Assembly (NCBI GenBank): GCA_964016885.1
Contig: OZ024765.1
Span: forward strand, 19,220,001 to 19,284,000
Length of the DNA: 64,000 bases
From: Eledone cirrhosa
Lineage: Eukaryota
Reading direction: 5' to 3'
A program made the translations under genes and the position numbers. The notes under the pieces were generated by a model, which saw nothing but the letters and a program-made list of their open reading frames with translations, was not told the origin of the DNA and ran no database searches. Shown here one piece after another: positions 52,283 to 64,000 of the stretch; positions within the stretch are counted from its first letter, which is position 1, and every line of letters begins with the position of its first letter.

Positions 52283-55200
52283 ATGGCTGATATAAGAGTT
52301 GGGTGTCTGAATGTACGTGGCCTGGGACTGTCTTGGAAACAAGGCAAACTTTTAAACGATCTCAGGTCGCATAGAATGGATGTAATGGCTATTTGCGAGT
52401 CCAGGATCAGCAGCGAGCACCAACTGGCGCCCCTCTTCGACGACTTTGAGATCTTCGCATCTCTCTGTCAACCGGGGGGTGGGGGTGGAGTTGTCGTTCT
52501 GCTGCGAAAACACCTGGGCCTCGCCATACAGAAGGTGCACCTGGACCCGGAGGGTCGACTGGTGGTTTTAGACGTCGGCAGTAGTGAAAGTGGAGCCCTT
52601 AGACTAATAGCTGTGTACGCCCCTTTTTGGGCAGCGCGGCCGGAATACTTCCAACGTCTGGAAACTTTTCTGGGAACGTCCCGCTCCTTGCTTTTAGTGG
52701 GGGACTGGAATGGTATCCTGGATGCACGTTGGGACTATGTAGGGGCATGTGCCAATAGAGGGGGGTGTAAAAGCCTCAAAAGGTTAATCGGCCGATTTGA
52801 CCTGGCCGATAGATATCGACTAGATTTTCCGACTGTACCACTATGGACGTGGACCAATCGCAGTGGAACATCTAGGTCGTACCTAGATAGGGTCCTAGTT
52901 AGAGAGAACGATAGGGACACATTTAGCTGTCCAAAAATGTTCATGGTTGACTATTCGGATCACAAGTTAGTGACCTGCATAGCCAACCTTGATAGAACCC
53001 ATAGACAGGGACCCGGTTACTGGAAGCTGAACTTGTCCTTACCGAGAAGCAAAGCTTACAGTAAACGGATTAGCACGTTAGTTAAGCAGAGTTTGACAGG
53101 GGCAATTGTCAACAACAGGTGGTGGAGCTCTCTTAAGAGAGCAATTAGAATAGAATCGATAGGTTTTAGTCAGGAATTAGCAAGGGATAGGAACAAGACG
53201 GAAAGGGAATTAGTAGATAGAGTAGAAGAGGCGATTAGGAGTGGCAATGTAGCCGGCGTGCTGGCATCAAGAATGGCCTTAGACCAGTTCTTTGAGGTGA
53301 AGCATGAAGGCTGCGTTGTCAGGAGTAAAATACGTGCTCTGGGTAATGAGGGAGCCAAAGCTGTGAGCTGGGCCCGAGTGACAGAGGCAAAAAGTGGGAA
53401 CAAGTCCACGATTCGGTCTTTGAAGGACCAGGATGGGCGTGTGATCCTTGAACCTGGGCAGATGTGTGCGGCCTTTCAGCGGCACTTTGCACGACTGTTC
53501 GAGAGGGGCGGCGCGCCGGGTGAGACTATGGATTTCAATCCATACCTCGACGGTCTGCCGCGCCTCTCGGACGCGGAGGCGAAGTCCTGCGAAAGGACGA
53601 TTTCAGCTGCTGAGATAGGGGCGGCGCTGAGCCAATGCGGCAAACGCAAATCCCCGGGTCTCGATGCTCTACCATACGAGCTATATGTAGCGATGCCGGA
53701 CTTGTTCTCCGATATCCTCGAAGCGGTCTACTGCAACTGGCAGCAGAACGGGAGAATTCCCAGTTCTGTGACCAAGGGCGTAGTTACGCTGGTGAGGAAG
53801 GATGAGAACAAGGGGGATGACATAAGTAACTTCAGGCCCATAACTCTGCTAAATACAGAGTTAAAGATTTTGGCCAAGGTGTTAGCGAAGAGGTTGGCGC
53901 TTGTCGTTGGAAACCTGGTGGGAGAAGCGCAGACATGCGCAATCCCGTCCAGGTCCATTCACGACAATCTCCACCTTATGCGATACATCATAGAGAGGGT
54001 AGGGAATGAACCCGGCTTTGGTGGGGCCCTGATCAACTTGGATCAATCTAAAGCTTTCGATAGGGTTGACCATCGTTACCTGGATGCGGTGCTCGCGGCG
54101 GCAGGCTTCGGACCCGTTTTCAGGGGTTGGATTGCTGCGATGCACAGCAGCAACGTCTGCTCAAGGGTCAAGGTGAACGGCCACCTCTCGGAGCCGTTCC
54201 AAATCATGCGATCCATCCGACAGGGATGCCCTCTCTCCTCCCTACTGTATGTGCTGGCTCTTGAGCCACTACTGCGGAAGTTGGAGCGGTTGCAGGGCAT
54301 CCCTTTGGAACCGGGATTGCAGAAAGCGGCGTCGGCCTACGCCGATGACGTGACAGTAATGGTGTCGAAAACCTCGCAAATCGGTGAGATCGGCACCTTA
54401 CTGGAGGAATATGAAAGGTTTACAGGAGCCAAGCTGAACCGGGACAAGTCCGTCGGTTTGCAACTCGGAACATGGAGAGGCAAACCGATGCCCTCCAACG
54501 ACGTCGTCGGACGCTGGACGGAGGGCCCGGTGAAGCTGCTTGGGGTCTGGTTCGGACCAGACCTCCAGGTGGAGAAAAACTGGAACGAGGTAACGGCCAG
54601 GGTGTTTGCACTCACCCAGAAGTGGGCCCAGTGCAAACTATCCCTGAAAGGTCGAGCGGAGGTGGCGAATACTTATATAGCATCCGTCATCTACTACCGC
54701 TTGACCGTCGTGCCTTGCCCAGTGAAAAGACTCGCCAAAATGGAGTGCGCGCTGTTCCAATTTCTTTGGAACAAGCGGACCCCTTTGGTGAGGAGATCCA
54801 TCTGCTGTCAACACCCTTCGAAAGGAGGGCTGGGGATGCCGTGGCTACAGATGCGTAAACACGCATTAAGGCTACGGCACCTCCAGGTATTCCTCACCGG
54901 TCAACCGGTGTGGGCCCCGTTTGTGAGGCGAGCCTTTCCCAGACTCGTCTCGCTCACCGAGCTGCAATCCTGGGTCAAGCAAAGACCGAGAAAAGTGGGC
55001 GACTGGCACATTGAATGTGCCCAGGCGCTCACGGCCCTCTGGAAAGCGGACCCGGCAATCAGTGGAGACTCCACCTCGACATTCTATAGAGGGTTGGTAC
55101 GCAGCAGGTGCGACGATGCTCTCGGAGAAGCTCTAGGCATGGAGGAAGATGAACTGGCCAGTCTGTTCGGTAGGACGTTTGGCCCTGGACCGATGGACAA

Positions 55201-55720
55201 CTTCCAAAAGTCCCTGGCTTGGCAGTGCTACCGAGGGGCTCTACCCGTTCGAGACAAGCTCCACAGGCATGGGAGCCTGGGTAGAGATCCTTTGAATAAG
55301 ATCTGTCCGAGATGCGTGCATGATGACGAAACCGTTGCGCACGCATTCGTACACTGCCCAGGCATTGCTGACCTGTGGGGCTATGTGGAACGACTACTGT
55401 CGAGGGTGGGACCAATCCGGTTGACCACCGAGTCCATTGTCACGATCAAACCGCCTCCCCCTTTCAAAAACGAAGGAGAGGCGGTTTTTCTCTGTGTGGT
55501 AGCCATGGCTAAAGAAGTTGTATGGTGGACGAGGCTGAAAGGGCTGAGGTCAGACACCTTTCTCTCCGGCCAACAACTGGTCCCCTTTTTCAAATACCAT
55601 TTTAAAAGAAGGATCAGAATGGAGAGAGAGGTGCTCTACCCCAACAAGTTTTATGAAAGGTGGGTGAAAGTAGGGAGAATGGCCAGAGTGAATGGGTCTT
55701 CTCTCTATATCAGCCTGTAG
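52283..55720 (+). CDS. LINE ORF2p (APE endonuclease, reverse transcriptase, C-terminal CCHC), 1145 aa
   Basis: LNVRGL, VYAP, GDWN, YLDR, SDHK, WKLN, KSPGLD, FRPITLLN, DQSKAFDRV, IRQGCPLS, YADD and CPRC...HAFVHC. Confidence 0.96.
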   Translation: MADIRVGCLNVRGLGLSWKQGKLLNDLRSHRMDVMAICESRISSEHQLAPLFDDFEIFASLCQPGGGGGVVVLLRKHLGLAIQKVHLDPEGRLVVLDVGSSESGALRLIAVYAPFWAARPEYFQRLETFLGTSRSLLLVGDWNGILDARWDYVGACANRGGCKSLKRLIGRFDLADRYRLDFPTVPLWTWTNRSGTSRSYLDRVLVRENDRDTFSCPKMFMVDYSDHKLVTCIANLDRTHRQGPGYWKLNLSLPRSKAYSKRISTLVKQSLTGAIVNNRWWSSLKRAIRIESIGFSQELARDRNKTERELVDRVEEAIRSGNVAGVLASRMALDQFFEVKHEGCVVRSKIRALGNEGAKAVSWARVTEAKSGNKSTIRSLKDQDGRVILEPGQMCAAFQRHFARLFERGGAPGETMDFNPYLDGLPRLSDAEAKSCERTISAAEIGAALSQCGKRKSPGLDALPYELYVAMPDLFSDILEAVYCNWQQNGRIPSSVTKGVVTLVRKDENKGDDISNFRPITLLNTELKILAKVLAKRLALVVGNLVGEAQTCAIPSRSIHDNLHLMRYIIERVGNEPGFGGALINLDQSKAFDRVDHRYLDAVLAAAGFGPVFRGWIAAMHSSNVCSRVKVNGHLSEPFQIMRSIRQGCPLSSLLYVLALEPLLRKLERLQGIPLEPGLQKAASAYADDVTVMVSKTSQIGEIGTLLEEYERFTGAKLNRDKSVGLQLGTWRGKPMPSNDVVGRWTEGPVKLLGVWFGPDLQVEKNWNEVTARVFALTQKWAQCKLSLKGRAEVANTYIASVIYYRLTVVPCPVKRLAKMECALFQFLWNKRTPLVRRSICCQHPSKGGLGMPWLQMRKHALRLRHLQVFLTGQPVWAPFVRRAFPRLVSLTELQSWVKQRPRKVGDWHIECAQALTALWKADPAISGDSTSTFYRGLVRSRCDDALGEALGMEEDELASLFGRTFGPGPMDNFQKSLAWQCYRGALPVRDKLHRHGSLGRDPLNKICPRCVHDDETVAHAFVHCPGIADLWGYVERLLSRVGPIRLTTESIVTIKPPPPFKNEGEAVFLCVVAMAKEVVWWTRLKGLRSDTFLSGQQLVPFFKYHFKRRIRMEREVLYPNKFYERWVKVGRMARVNGSSLYISL

Positions 55721-56837
55721 GTGAAAGAAGAGGAAAAAGCGGAGACGAGGGAAGCACCTACTCTTTGTGCTCCTGAGGAGAAGGGTTGCACATTTTTTCC
55801 GGGGTGTGTGCGACCCATGTTAATGCCCCCTCCCTATTGAGGACTTCGTTTGTTGTTGTTATTTCATTGTTATATTTTTGTACTCGTTAATTATATGTAA
55901 ACTTCCCCCCTTGTATCTGTCCCTACCTTTTGTGCCCTAGTGGCAAATAAAGAAACCACTCTATATATACTATTGTATTTTCATGGTAAAGGCTTTACCT
56001 CACATAATATCTCACATAACATTTACATTACTCTATATATACTATTGTATTGTCACAGTAAAGGCTTTACCTCACATAATATCTCACATAACATTTACAT
56101 TACTCTATATATACTATTGTATTTTCATGGTAAAGGCTTTACCTCACATAATATCTCACATAACATTTACATTACTCTATATATACTATTGTATTTTCAT
56201 GGTAAAGGCTTTACCACACATAATATCTCACATAACATTTACATTACTCTATATATACTATTGTATTTTCATGGTAAAGGCTTTACCTCACATAATATCT
56301 CACATAACATTTACATTACTCTATATATACTATTGTATTTTCATGGTAAAGGCTTTACCTCACATAATATCTCACATAACATTTACATTACTCTATATAT
56401 ACTATTGTATTTTCATGGTAAAGGCTTTACCTCACATAATATCTCACATAACATCGAATCTATGAGATTTTGAAAGTATTTATTTTGAGAAGAATACCTT
56501 AACATCATGTGCGGCCAGTTACAGCCAGTTTCAACAGAAAGAGGTAGAGAATTCTGGCCAGTTTGGGCCGGTTTGAACACTAAAGGGTTAAATAATTTTT
56601 AATGATTTAAAAGATGTTTCCATCTATATATGAATGTGTGTAGGTGTGTATATATGTGTGTGTAGGTATGTATATCTGTGTGTAGGTATGTATACGTGTG
56701 TGTAGGTATGTATACGTGTGTGTAGGTATCTATATATGTGTGTAGGTATGTATATATGTGTGTATGTATATATATATAAGTGTGTGTGAGTACATGTATA
56801 TGATAGTGATGATGAAACAGCTGTAAATTAAATAGTT

Positions 56838-56878
<41 letters not shown>

Positions 56879-58041
56879 TACACACACACACACACACTAT
56901 ATTAGATATGTAATTATTTAATTTGCACCTGTCCAATTAGCCCCACCCCCCTCATACACCCCCGCCCCTCATCATCTCGTTAGTTTTATTGTCTCTTTAC
57001 AGTAAAGACTGACATAAGCCCCACATCCCCCACCCTGCATCCCATGAAAAGTGCCTGGGGCCCAGATGGTGGTGGTGGAGGTGGAGATGGTGGTGGTGTG
57101 TAGTGGGGGGGGGGGGGTTGTGATATTGGCGGTGGTGTTGGTGGTAATGGTGGTGGTGGTGTTGGTGGTGGTGGTGATGGTGGTGGTGGTGTTGGTGATG
57201 ATGGTGTTGGTGGTGTTGGTGGTGTGTAATGGTGGTGGTGGTGTGTAGTAGTGGTGGTGGTGGTAGTGGTGATGGTGGAGGTGGTGATGGTGGTGTGGTG
57301 GTGGTAGTGGTGGTGGTGGTGATGGTGATGGTGGTGTTGGTGGTAGTGGTGGTGGTGCTGATGATGGTGACAGTGGTGGTAGTGGTAGTGGTGGTGGTGG
57401 TGATGGTGGTGCTGATGATGGTGATGGTGGTGTTGGTGGTGGTGGTAGTGGTGGTGTGTAGTGGTGGTGGTGTGTAGTGGTGGTGGTGTTTAGTAGTGGT
57501 GGTGGTGGTGTTTAGTAGTGGTGGTGGTGGTGGTAGTGGTGGTGGTGGTGGTGGTGGTAGTGGTGGTGGTGGTGGTGGTAGTGGTGGTGGTGGTGGTGGT
57601 GGTGGTGGTGTGTAGTGGTGGTGGTGGTGGTGGTGGTGGTGGTGGTGGTGGTGGTAGTGGTGGTGGTGGTAGTGGTGGTGGTGTGTAGTGGTGGTGGTGT
57701 GTAGTGGTGGTGGTGGTGGTGTGTAGTGAACAGTCAGAGATGGAGGGGAGTAGTGGAGGGTAGGGGATAGCTGATGGTTGATAGAAACTGTGAGAAAATT
57801 GCAGAACACAGAATTGAGGAACTATAAATATATATATATATACATATATGTATGTATGTATATATATGTATATACATATATACACATATATGTGAATATA
57901 TGTATACATATACATACATATATGTATATATATAGAGTGTGTGTATATGTGTACTTTGTGTTTTGGTTGACGTACGTCTGCAAACATATGTGTATTTACA
58001 TGTGGGTGTGTATGTGCGCGCCTTATAAACGTATTTATCAA

Positions 58042-58373
58042 CATCATCATCATATCATTTTACGTCCACTTTTCCCTGCTTGCAAGGGTGGGACGGGAAC
58101 TGATTCTGGCTTGATCTCTACAGCTGGATGCCCTTCCTAACACCAACCTCATTTACAGTGAGTGCTGGCTGCTTTTTTTGACGTGGCACCTCCACGTCCA
58201 CTTTACAGTGGAATGATAGGGACCCCAGTCCCTATCATCTCATTTCTACAGTTGAGTAAACTGGAGCAATGTGAAATAAAGTGTCTTGCTCAAGGAAACA
58301 ACACATCACCCGGTCTGAGAATTGAACTCACAACCTTTCGATTGCAAGGTCAATGCTCTAACCACTAAGCCAT
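58042..58373 (-). mobile_element. Full SINE (tRNA head, CORE-like domain, RTE tail type 2)
   Basis: Inverted partner of 58417-58747; tail nearly identical to 36169-36221. Confidence 0.85.
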
Positions 58374-58416
58374 GTGCCTCCATATGCCATGTGCCTCTTT
58401 ATGTGTGTATATTTAT

Positions 58417-58747
58417 ATGGCTTAGTGGTTAGAGCATTGGCCTTGCAATCGAAAGGTTGTGAGTTCAATTCTCAGACCGGGTGATGTGTTGTTTCCTTGA
58501 GCAAGACACTTTATTTCACATTGCTCCAGTTTACTCAGCTGTAGAAATGAGATGATAAGGACTGGGGTCCCTATCATTCCACTGCAAAGTGGTCGTGGAG
58601 GTGCCACAGCAAAAAAGCACCCAGCACTCACTGTAAATGAGGTTGGTGTTAGGAAGGGCATCCAGCTGTAGAAATCAAGCCAGAATCAGTTCCCGTCCCA
58701 CCCTTGCAAGCAGGAAAAAGCGGACGTAAAATGATGATGATGATGAT
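58417..58747 (+). mobile_element. Full SINE (tRNA head, CORE-like domain, RTE tail type 2)
   Basis: tggcttagtggttagagc...gagttcaattctc head; cccgtcccacccttgcaagc...(gat)n tail. Confidence 0.85.
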
Positions 58748-59863
58748 ATAATTATATGTATACACGCACACACACATATATATATATATATATATTTTTA
58801 TATATATTTTTATGTGTATTTGGTGTATACGTTCGCATGTGTGCAGGTACAGGCGTTGCGTGGGTTCTGTATGTGTGTGCGCGTGTTTGTGTGTACGTGC
58901 TTGTATTTGCATACCCATGGCGAGTGTTTTTCGCGTATGCATGTGTATGTACATATATGGATGCGTGCATGTATATATTTAATTTTTGTTGATTTCAATA
59001 ACCTCTGTAATTTATTTACATTATTCATGGATTGGCAGTATCGGTAGAGAGTCGGACACCATGCTTTGAAGCATAGAGTTACGTCCCTTTACGATCTGAG
59101 TTCAAATCCCGCCGAGGTTAACTTTGCCTTTCATCCTTACGGGGTCGATAAAATAAAGTACCAGTAATGTACTGGGTATTTGCTGGCCTTGTGCCAATAG
59201 CAGAAACAATTATTCTTAACTCTGAAACTGAGAATCATTCGGTTTCCTAAATAGAATTTTAGTCTATGACTTCAGTTATACCATTTACGTGGTTTTGTCT
59301 TTGCGTGTAATTGTTCCTCTGTAGAAATCAAGCCAAATCAGTTCCTGTATGAGCAAGACATGGTCAGCCGACCAGACACTGCCCACAACAGGACAACCCG
59401 TCTAACCCATGCTAGCGTGGAAGAACGGACGTAAAACGGTGATGATGATGATGATGATCTCATTTCTACAGTTGAGTAAACTGGAGCAATGTGAAATAAA
59501 GTGTCTTGCTCAAGGAAACAACACATCACCCGGTCTGAGAATTGAACTCACAACCTTTCGATTGGAAGGCCAATGCTCTAACCACTAAGCCATTTGCCTC
59601 CAGATACTTACAAGTATACTTGTAAGTATCTGCGTAAAGGAATCTTAAATAAAAAAAGAAATTTAACCCTTTTAATAACAAGCTAGACAAATAGAGAAAG
59701 CAGCTGTGGTTCTGTGAAACAACTTCTCCCCACTGTGAAACAACTTCTCCCATATCATGGCTCAGTGGTTAGAGAGTTGGTTTCACACTTGTAAGGTTAT
59801 GGCTTGGATTCCCAGACCGGGTGATGTGTTGTGTCCTTGAGCAGTACAGCAGTACATTTCCGA

Positions 59864-61342
59864 AAGCTCCCATGACTTTCGGAAATATCTTTTCACTCTC
59901 AGAGTTGTTGAAGCATGGAACAAACTCCCTGCATCAGTTGTTAGCTGTCGAGACACTGCATCCTTTAAAACCTCCATGGAACAAACTCCCTGCATCAGTT
60001 GTTAGCTGTCGAGACACTGCATCCTTTAAAACCTCCATGGAACAAACTCCCTGCATCAGTTGTTAGCTGTCGAGACACTGCATCCTGTAAAACCTCCATG
60101 GAACAAACTCCCTGCATCAGTTGTTAGCTCTCAGGACACTGCATCCTTTAAAACCTCCATGGAACAAACTCCCTGCATCAGTTGTTAGCTCTCAGGACAC
60201 TGCATCCTTTAAAACCTCCATGGAACAAACTACCTGCATCAGTTGTTAGCTGTCGAGACACTGCATCCTTTAAAACCTCCATGGAACAAACTCCCTGCAT
60301 CAGTTGTTAGCTCTCAGGACACTGCATCCTTTAAAACCTCCATGGAACAAACTCCCTGCATCAGTTGTTAGCTCTCAGGACACTGCATCCTTTAAAACCT
60401 CCATGGAACAAACTCCCTGCATCAGTTGTTAGCTCTCAGGACACTGCATCCTTTAAAACCTCCATGGAACAAACTCCCTGCATCAGTTGTTGGCTGTCGA
60501 GACACTGCATCCTTTAAAACCTCCATGGAACAAACTCCCTGCATCAGTTGTTAGCTCTCAGGACACTGCATCCTTTAAAACCTCCATGGAACAAACTCCC
60601 TGCATCAGTTGTTGGCTGTCGAGACACTGCATCCTTTAAAACCTCCATGGAACAAACTCCCTGCATCAGTTGTTAGCTCTCAGGACACTGCATCCTTTAA
60701 AACCTCCATGGAACAAACTCCCTGCATCAGTTGTTGGCTGTCGAGACACTGCATCCTTTAAAACCTCCATGGAACAAACTCCCTGCATCAGTTGTTAGCT
60801 GTCGAGACACTGCATCCTTTAAAACCTCCATGTAACAAACTACCTGTATCAGTTGTTAGCTCTCAGGACACTGCATCCTTTAGAACCTCCATGGAACAAA
60901 CTCCCTGCATCAGTTGTTAGCTGTCGAGACACTGCATCCTTTAAAACCTCCATGGAACAAACTCCCTGCATCAGTTGTTAGCTGTCGAGACACTGCATCC
61001 TTTAAAACCTCCATGGAACAAACTCCCTGCATCAGTTGTTAGCTGTCGAGACACTGCATCCTTTAAAACCTCCATGGAACAAACTACCTGCATCAGTTGT
61101 TAGCTGTCGAGACACTGCATCCTTTAAAATTTCTCTGCTTCCTGAAATTCACCAACACTACACCTGATTTCCCCCCACCACACACATGCACGCATGTGTG
61201 TCTGTCTGTGTGTATATCATGACCCATACACTGTTCACTTTCCTGACATTTGTACATTATTTATTCTATGTACTATACATGCACCTTTGATGAGCTATAG
61301 TGCACCTGAGCACTGTACACAACAATTTTCAATATTATTATT
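59864..61342 (+). mobile_element. CR1-like 3' fragment with about 20 x 61-bp array (59914-61129)
   Basis: Same unit and flanks as 41690-42608. Confidence 0.88.
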
Positions 61343-61879
61343 TTTAAGACACTTTACTTCACGTTGCTCCAGTTCACTCAGCTGTAGAAATGATTTGTGA
61401 CATATTGACGTTTGGCTTTCCCATGTACAACATCATATATAGCATGTATATAATATATATATAGTGTATATATTGTGTATATATTAACTGTGATGTAACT
61501 GGTGCCAAGTTGTATTGGTCTTTGCCTTTCCGTTGGACATCATATATAATGTATATACCGTGAATGGTTGCCAAAAACATATATATATATATATATATAC
61601 TGTAAATGTGGTTGGTGTTAGGAAGGGCATCCAGCTGTAGAAAACCCGCCAGACAGTCCTATGCGAGCAAGACAACCACTCTTGCCTCAAATGGGAAAAC
61701 TCCCGTCCAAACCCATGCAAGCGTGGAACATGGACGTTAAACGATGATGATGATGATGATGATATATATGGCTTTACCTAGTTTATATGTATGTACCCTT
61801 TAAATTGTATATACTCCCGTAAGGTTGAGTAAAACTTTAGGCAGTATTCGGCTGCGCTTTCTAGCAACCAGCCTACTCG

Positions 61880-61975
61880 CCGACAGGCACCAATCACAAA
61901 CTTTCTGCCTTGACAACTAGCCATGTGACGATTCTTAGCCATTTTGAATTCGTTTCTGACGAGGATCATGTAAGA
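61880..61975. promoter_or_regulatory. Possible promoter-like island (CCAAT, GTCACATG E/M-box, YY1-like GCCATTTT)
   Basis: CpG-containing unique sequence with three motifs within 60 bp; motif matches only. Confidence 0.25.
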
Positions 61976-62379
61976 AAAATCTTTGTCCAATTGAGTTTAT
62001 CTTCTGATGATTTCCAACCAACCTTGTTGATTTATCCAAGATCGGATATATCCAAAAATGGAATGAAACCACCTGTGGTAGAGATATTTTGATGATTTTG
62101 GTAAGGTTTATGTACATTTTTTCTTCTAACTTTGATTTTGTACCTAATTATGTATGGTTAACTATATGTCTAGTCAGTTTCTACAGACTATCAGAAATAC
62201 TAGGTAAATTTTCTGTAGCTGTGAGTCGCAGTTAAAGGGCTATCATTTATTTATCTATTGTTTCTTGATAAGTATATTTTAAACTTATAGCCTTGTTTAA
62301 ATGATTTTTTGTGTGGTTGAATTATGCTGATTGGGAGAAGAAATACTGTATATATTTTATCTAATGATTCTATGGACTT

Positions 62380-62414
<35 letters not shown>

Positions 62415-62577
62415 TCATCGTTTATAAATGTGAAGTCTAAAATCTGAAGAGGGCTCGATAAGGATAAGGATAATATACATATAAAAATATATAAAAACCG
62501 TAGAGCAAATATTTATTAAAATAACAGATTAAAGTTTAAGCAAAGAATCGCTGCTTTCACCCTTAACGGGATCTTCT

Positions 62578-64000
62578 GTCACTTAACACCACAGACCCTA
62601 GGATGGTGAACCTCTAGGCTTGAGACAGGCTTAACACTGTGATGGACTGGTGTCCTGTCCAGCGGGAGTCTTGTTCACTCAGTCACTTAACACCACAGAC
62701 CCTAGGATGGTCAACCTCTAGGCTTGAGACAGGCTTAACACTGTGATGGACTGGTGTCCTGTCCAGCGGGAGTCTTGTTCACTCAGTCACTTAACACCAC
62801 AGACCCTAGGATGGTCAACCTCTAGGCTTGAGACAGGCTTAACACTGTGATGGACTGGTGTCCTGTCCAGGGGGAGTCTTGTTCTCTCAGTCACTTAACA
62901 CCACAGACACTAGGATGGTCAACCTCTAGGCTTGAGACAGGCTTAACACTGTGATGGACTGGTGTCCTGTCCAGGGGGAGTCTTGTTCACTCAGTCACTT
63001 AACACCACAGACACTAGGATGGTCAACCTCTAGGCTTGAGACAGGCTTAACACTGTGATGGACTGGTGTCCTGTCCAGGGGGAGTCTTGTTCACTCAGTC
63101 ACTTAACACCACAGACACTAGGATGGTCAACCTCTAGGCTTGAGACAGGCTTAACACTGTGATGGACTGGTGTCCTGTCCAGGGGGAGTCTTGTTCACTC
63201 AGTCACTTAACACCACAGACCCTAGGATGGTCAACCTCTAGGCTTGAGACAGGCTTAACACTGTGATGGACTGGTGTCCTGTCCAGGGGGAGTCTTGTTC
63301 ACTCAGTCACTTAACACCACAGACACTAGGATGGTCAACCTCTAGGCTTGAGACAGGCTTAACACTGTGATGGACTGGTGTCCTGTCCAGGAGGAGTCTT
63401 GTTCACTCAGTCACTTAACACCACAGACACTAGGATGGTCAACCTCTAGGCTTGAGACAGGCTTAACACTGTGATGGACTGGTGTCCTGTCCAGCGGGAG
63501 TCTTGTTCTCTCAGTCACTTAACACCACAGACCCTAGGATGGTCAACCTCTAGGCTTGAGACAGGCTTAACACTGCGATGGACTGGTGTCCTGTCCAGGA
63601 GGAGTCTTGTTCACTCAGTCACTTAACACCACAGACACTAGGATGGTCAACCTCTAGGCTTGAGACAGGCTTAACACTGTGATGGACTGGTGTCCTGTCC
63701 AGGAGGAGTCTTGTTCACTCAGTCACTTAACACCACAGACCCTAGGATGGTCAACCTCTAGGCTTGAGACAGGCTTAACACTGTGATGGACTGGTGTCCT
63801 GTCCAGGGGGAGTCTTGTTCTCTCAGTCACTTAACACCACAGACACTAGGATGGTCAACCTCTAGGCTTGAGACAGGCTTAACACTGTGATGGACTGGTG
63901 TCCTGTCCAGGGGGAGTCTTGTTCTCTCAGTCACTTAACACCACAGACCCTAGGATGGTGAACCTCTAGGCTTGAGACAGGCTTAACACTGTGATGGACT
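62578..64000. repeat. 104-bp satellite (at least 13 units, runs off the window) containing a SINE central-domain-like motif
   Basis: Period 62581 to 62685; tgatggactggtgtcctgtccagggggag resembles V/Nin-type SINE domains. Confidence 0.9.

Larger units (their letters stand above)
50308..55957 (+). mobile_element. Full-length L1/Tx1-clade non-LTR retrotransposon, both ORFs intact
   Basis: About 210-nt 5' UTR, ORF1, 21-nt spacer, ORF2, and 3' UTR ending aataaagaaa. Confidence 0.93.
49433..56587 (+). mobile_element. TTAA-flanked piggyBac-like MITE with 72-bp internal satellite, hosting a full-length LINE
   Basis: TTAA|CCCTTTAGCATTCA at the left and TGAACACTAAAGGG|TTAA at the right; about 12 units (49441-50307) and about 7 units (55958-56454) flank the LINE. 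Confidence 0.85.

Overview
This is repeat-dense eukaryotic DNA. The long AT/CA/GGT/GA microsatellites, tRNA-derived SINEs and RTE, CR1 and L1/Tx1 LINEs suggest an octopus or other cephalopod, but that assignment is inference. One host gene can be reconstructed by hand on the minus strand: HGSNAT-like exons 2-6, whose intron phases match human HGSNAT, plus one extra upstream coding exon. Exon 1 and exon 7 onward were not located. Highlights: (1) an intact two-ORF L1/Tx1-clade LINE sits inside the 72-bp tandem array of a TTAA-flanked piggyBac-like MITE, the same architecture as Xenopus Tx1L-in-Tx1D. (2) Several families of Penelope-type hammerhead ribozyme motifs occur, some in fold-back palindromes and some sense to the HGSNAT pre-mRNA, with stem covariation between copies. 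(3) Internal pieces of unrelated transposons are repeatedly converted into local tandem arrays. (4) SINEs carry two different RTE-type tails, and near-identical inverted SINEs flank exon 6. Most long ORFs in the supplied track are microsatellite artefacts. There is a 200-N gap at 9085-9284.
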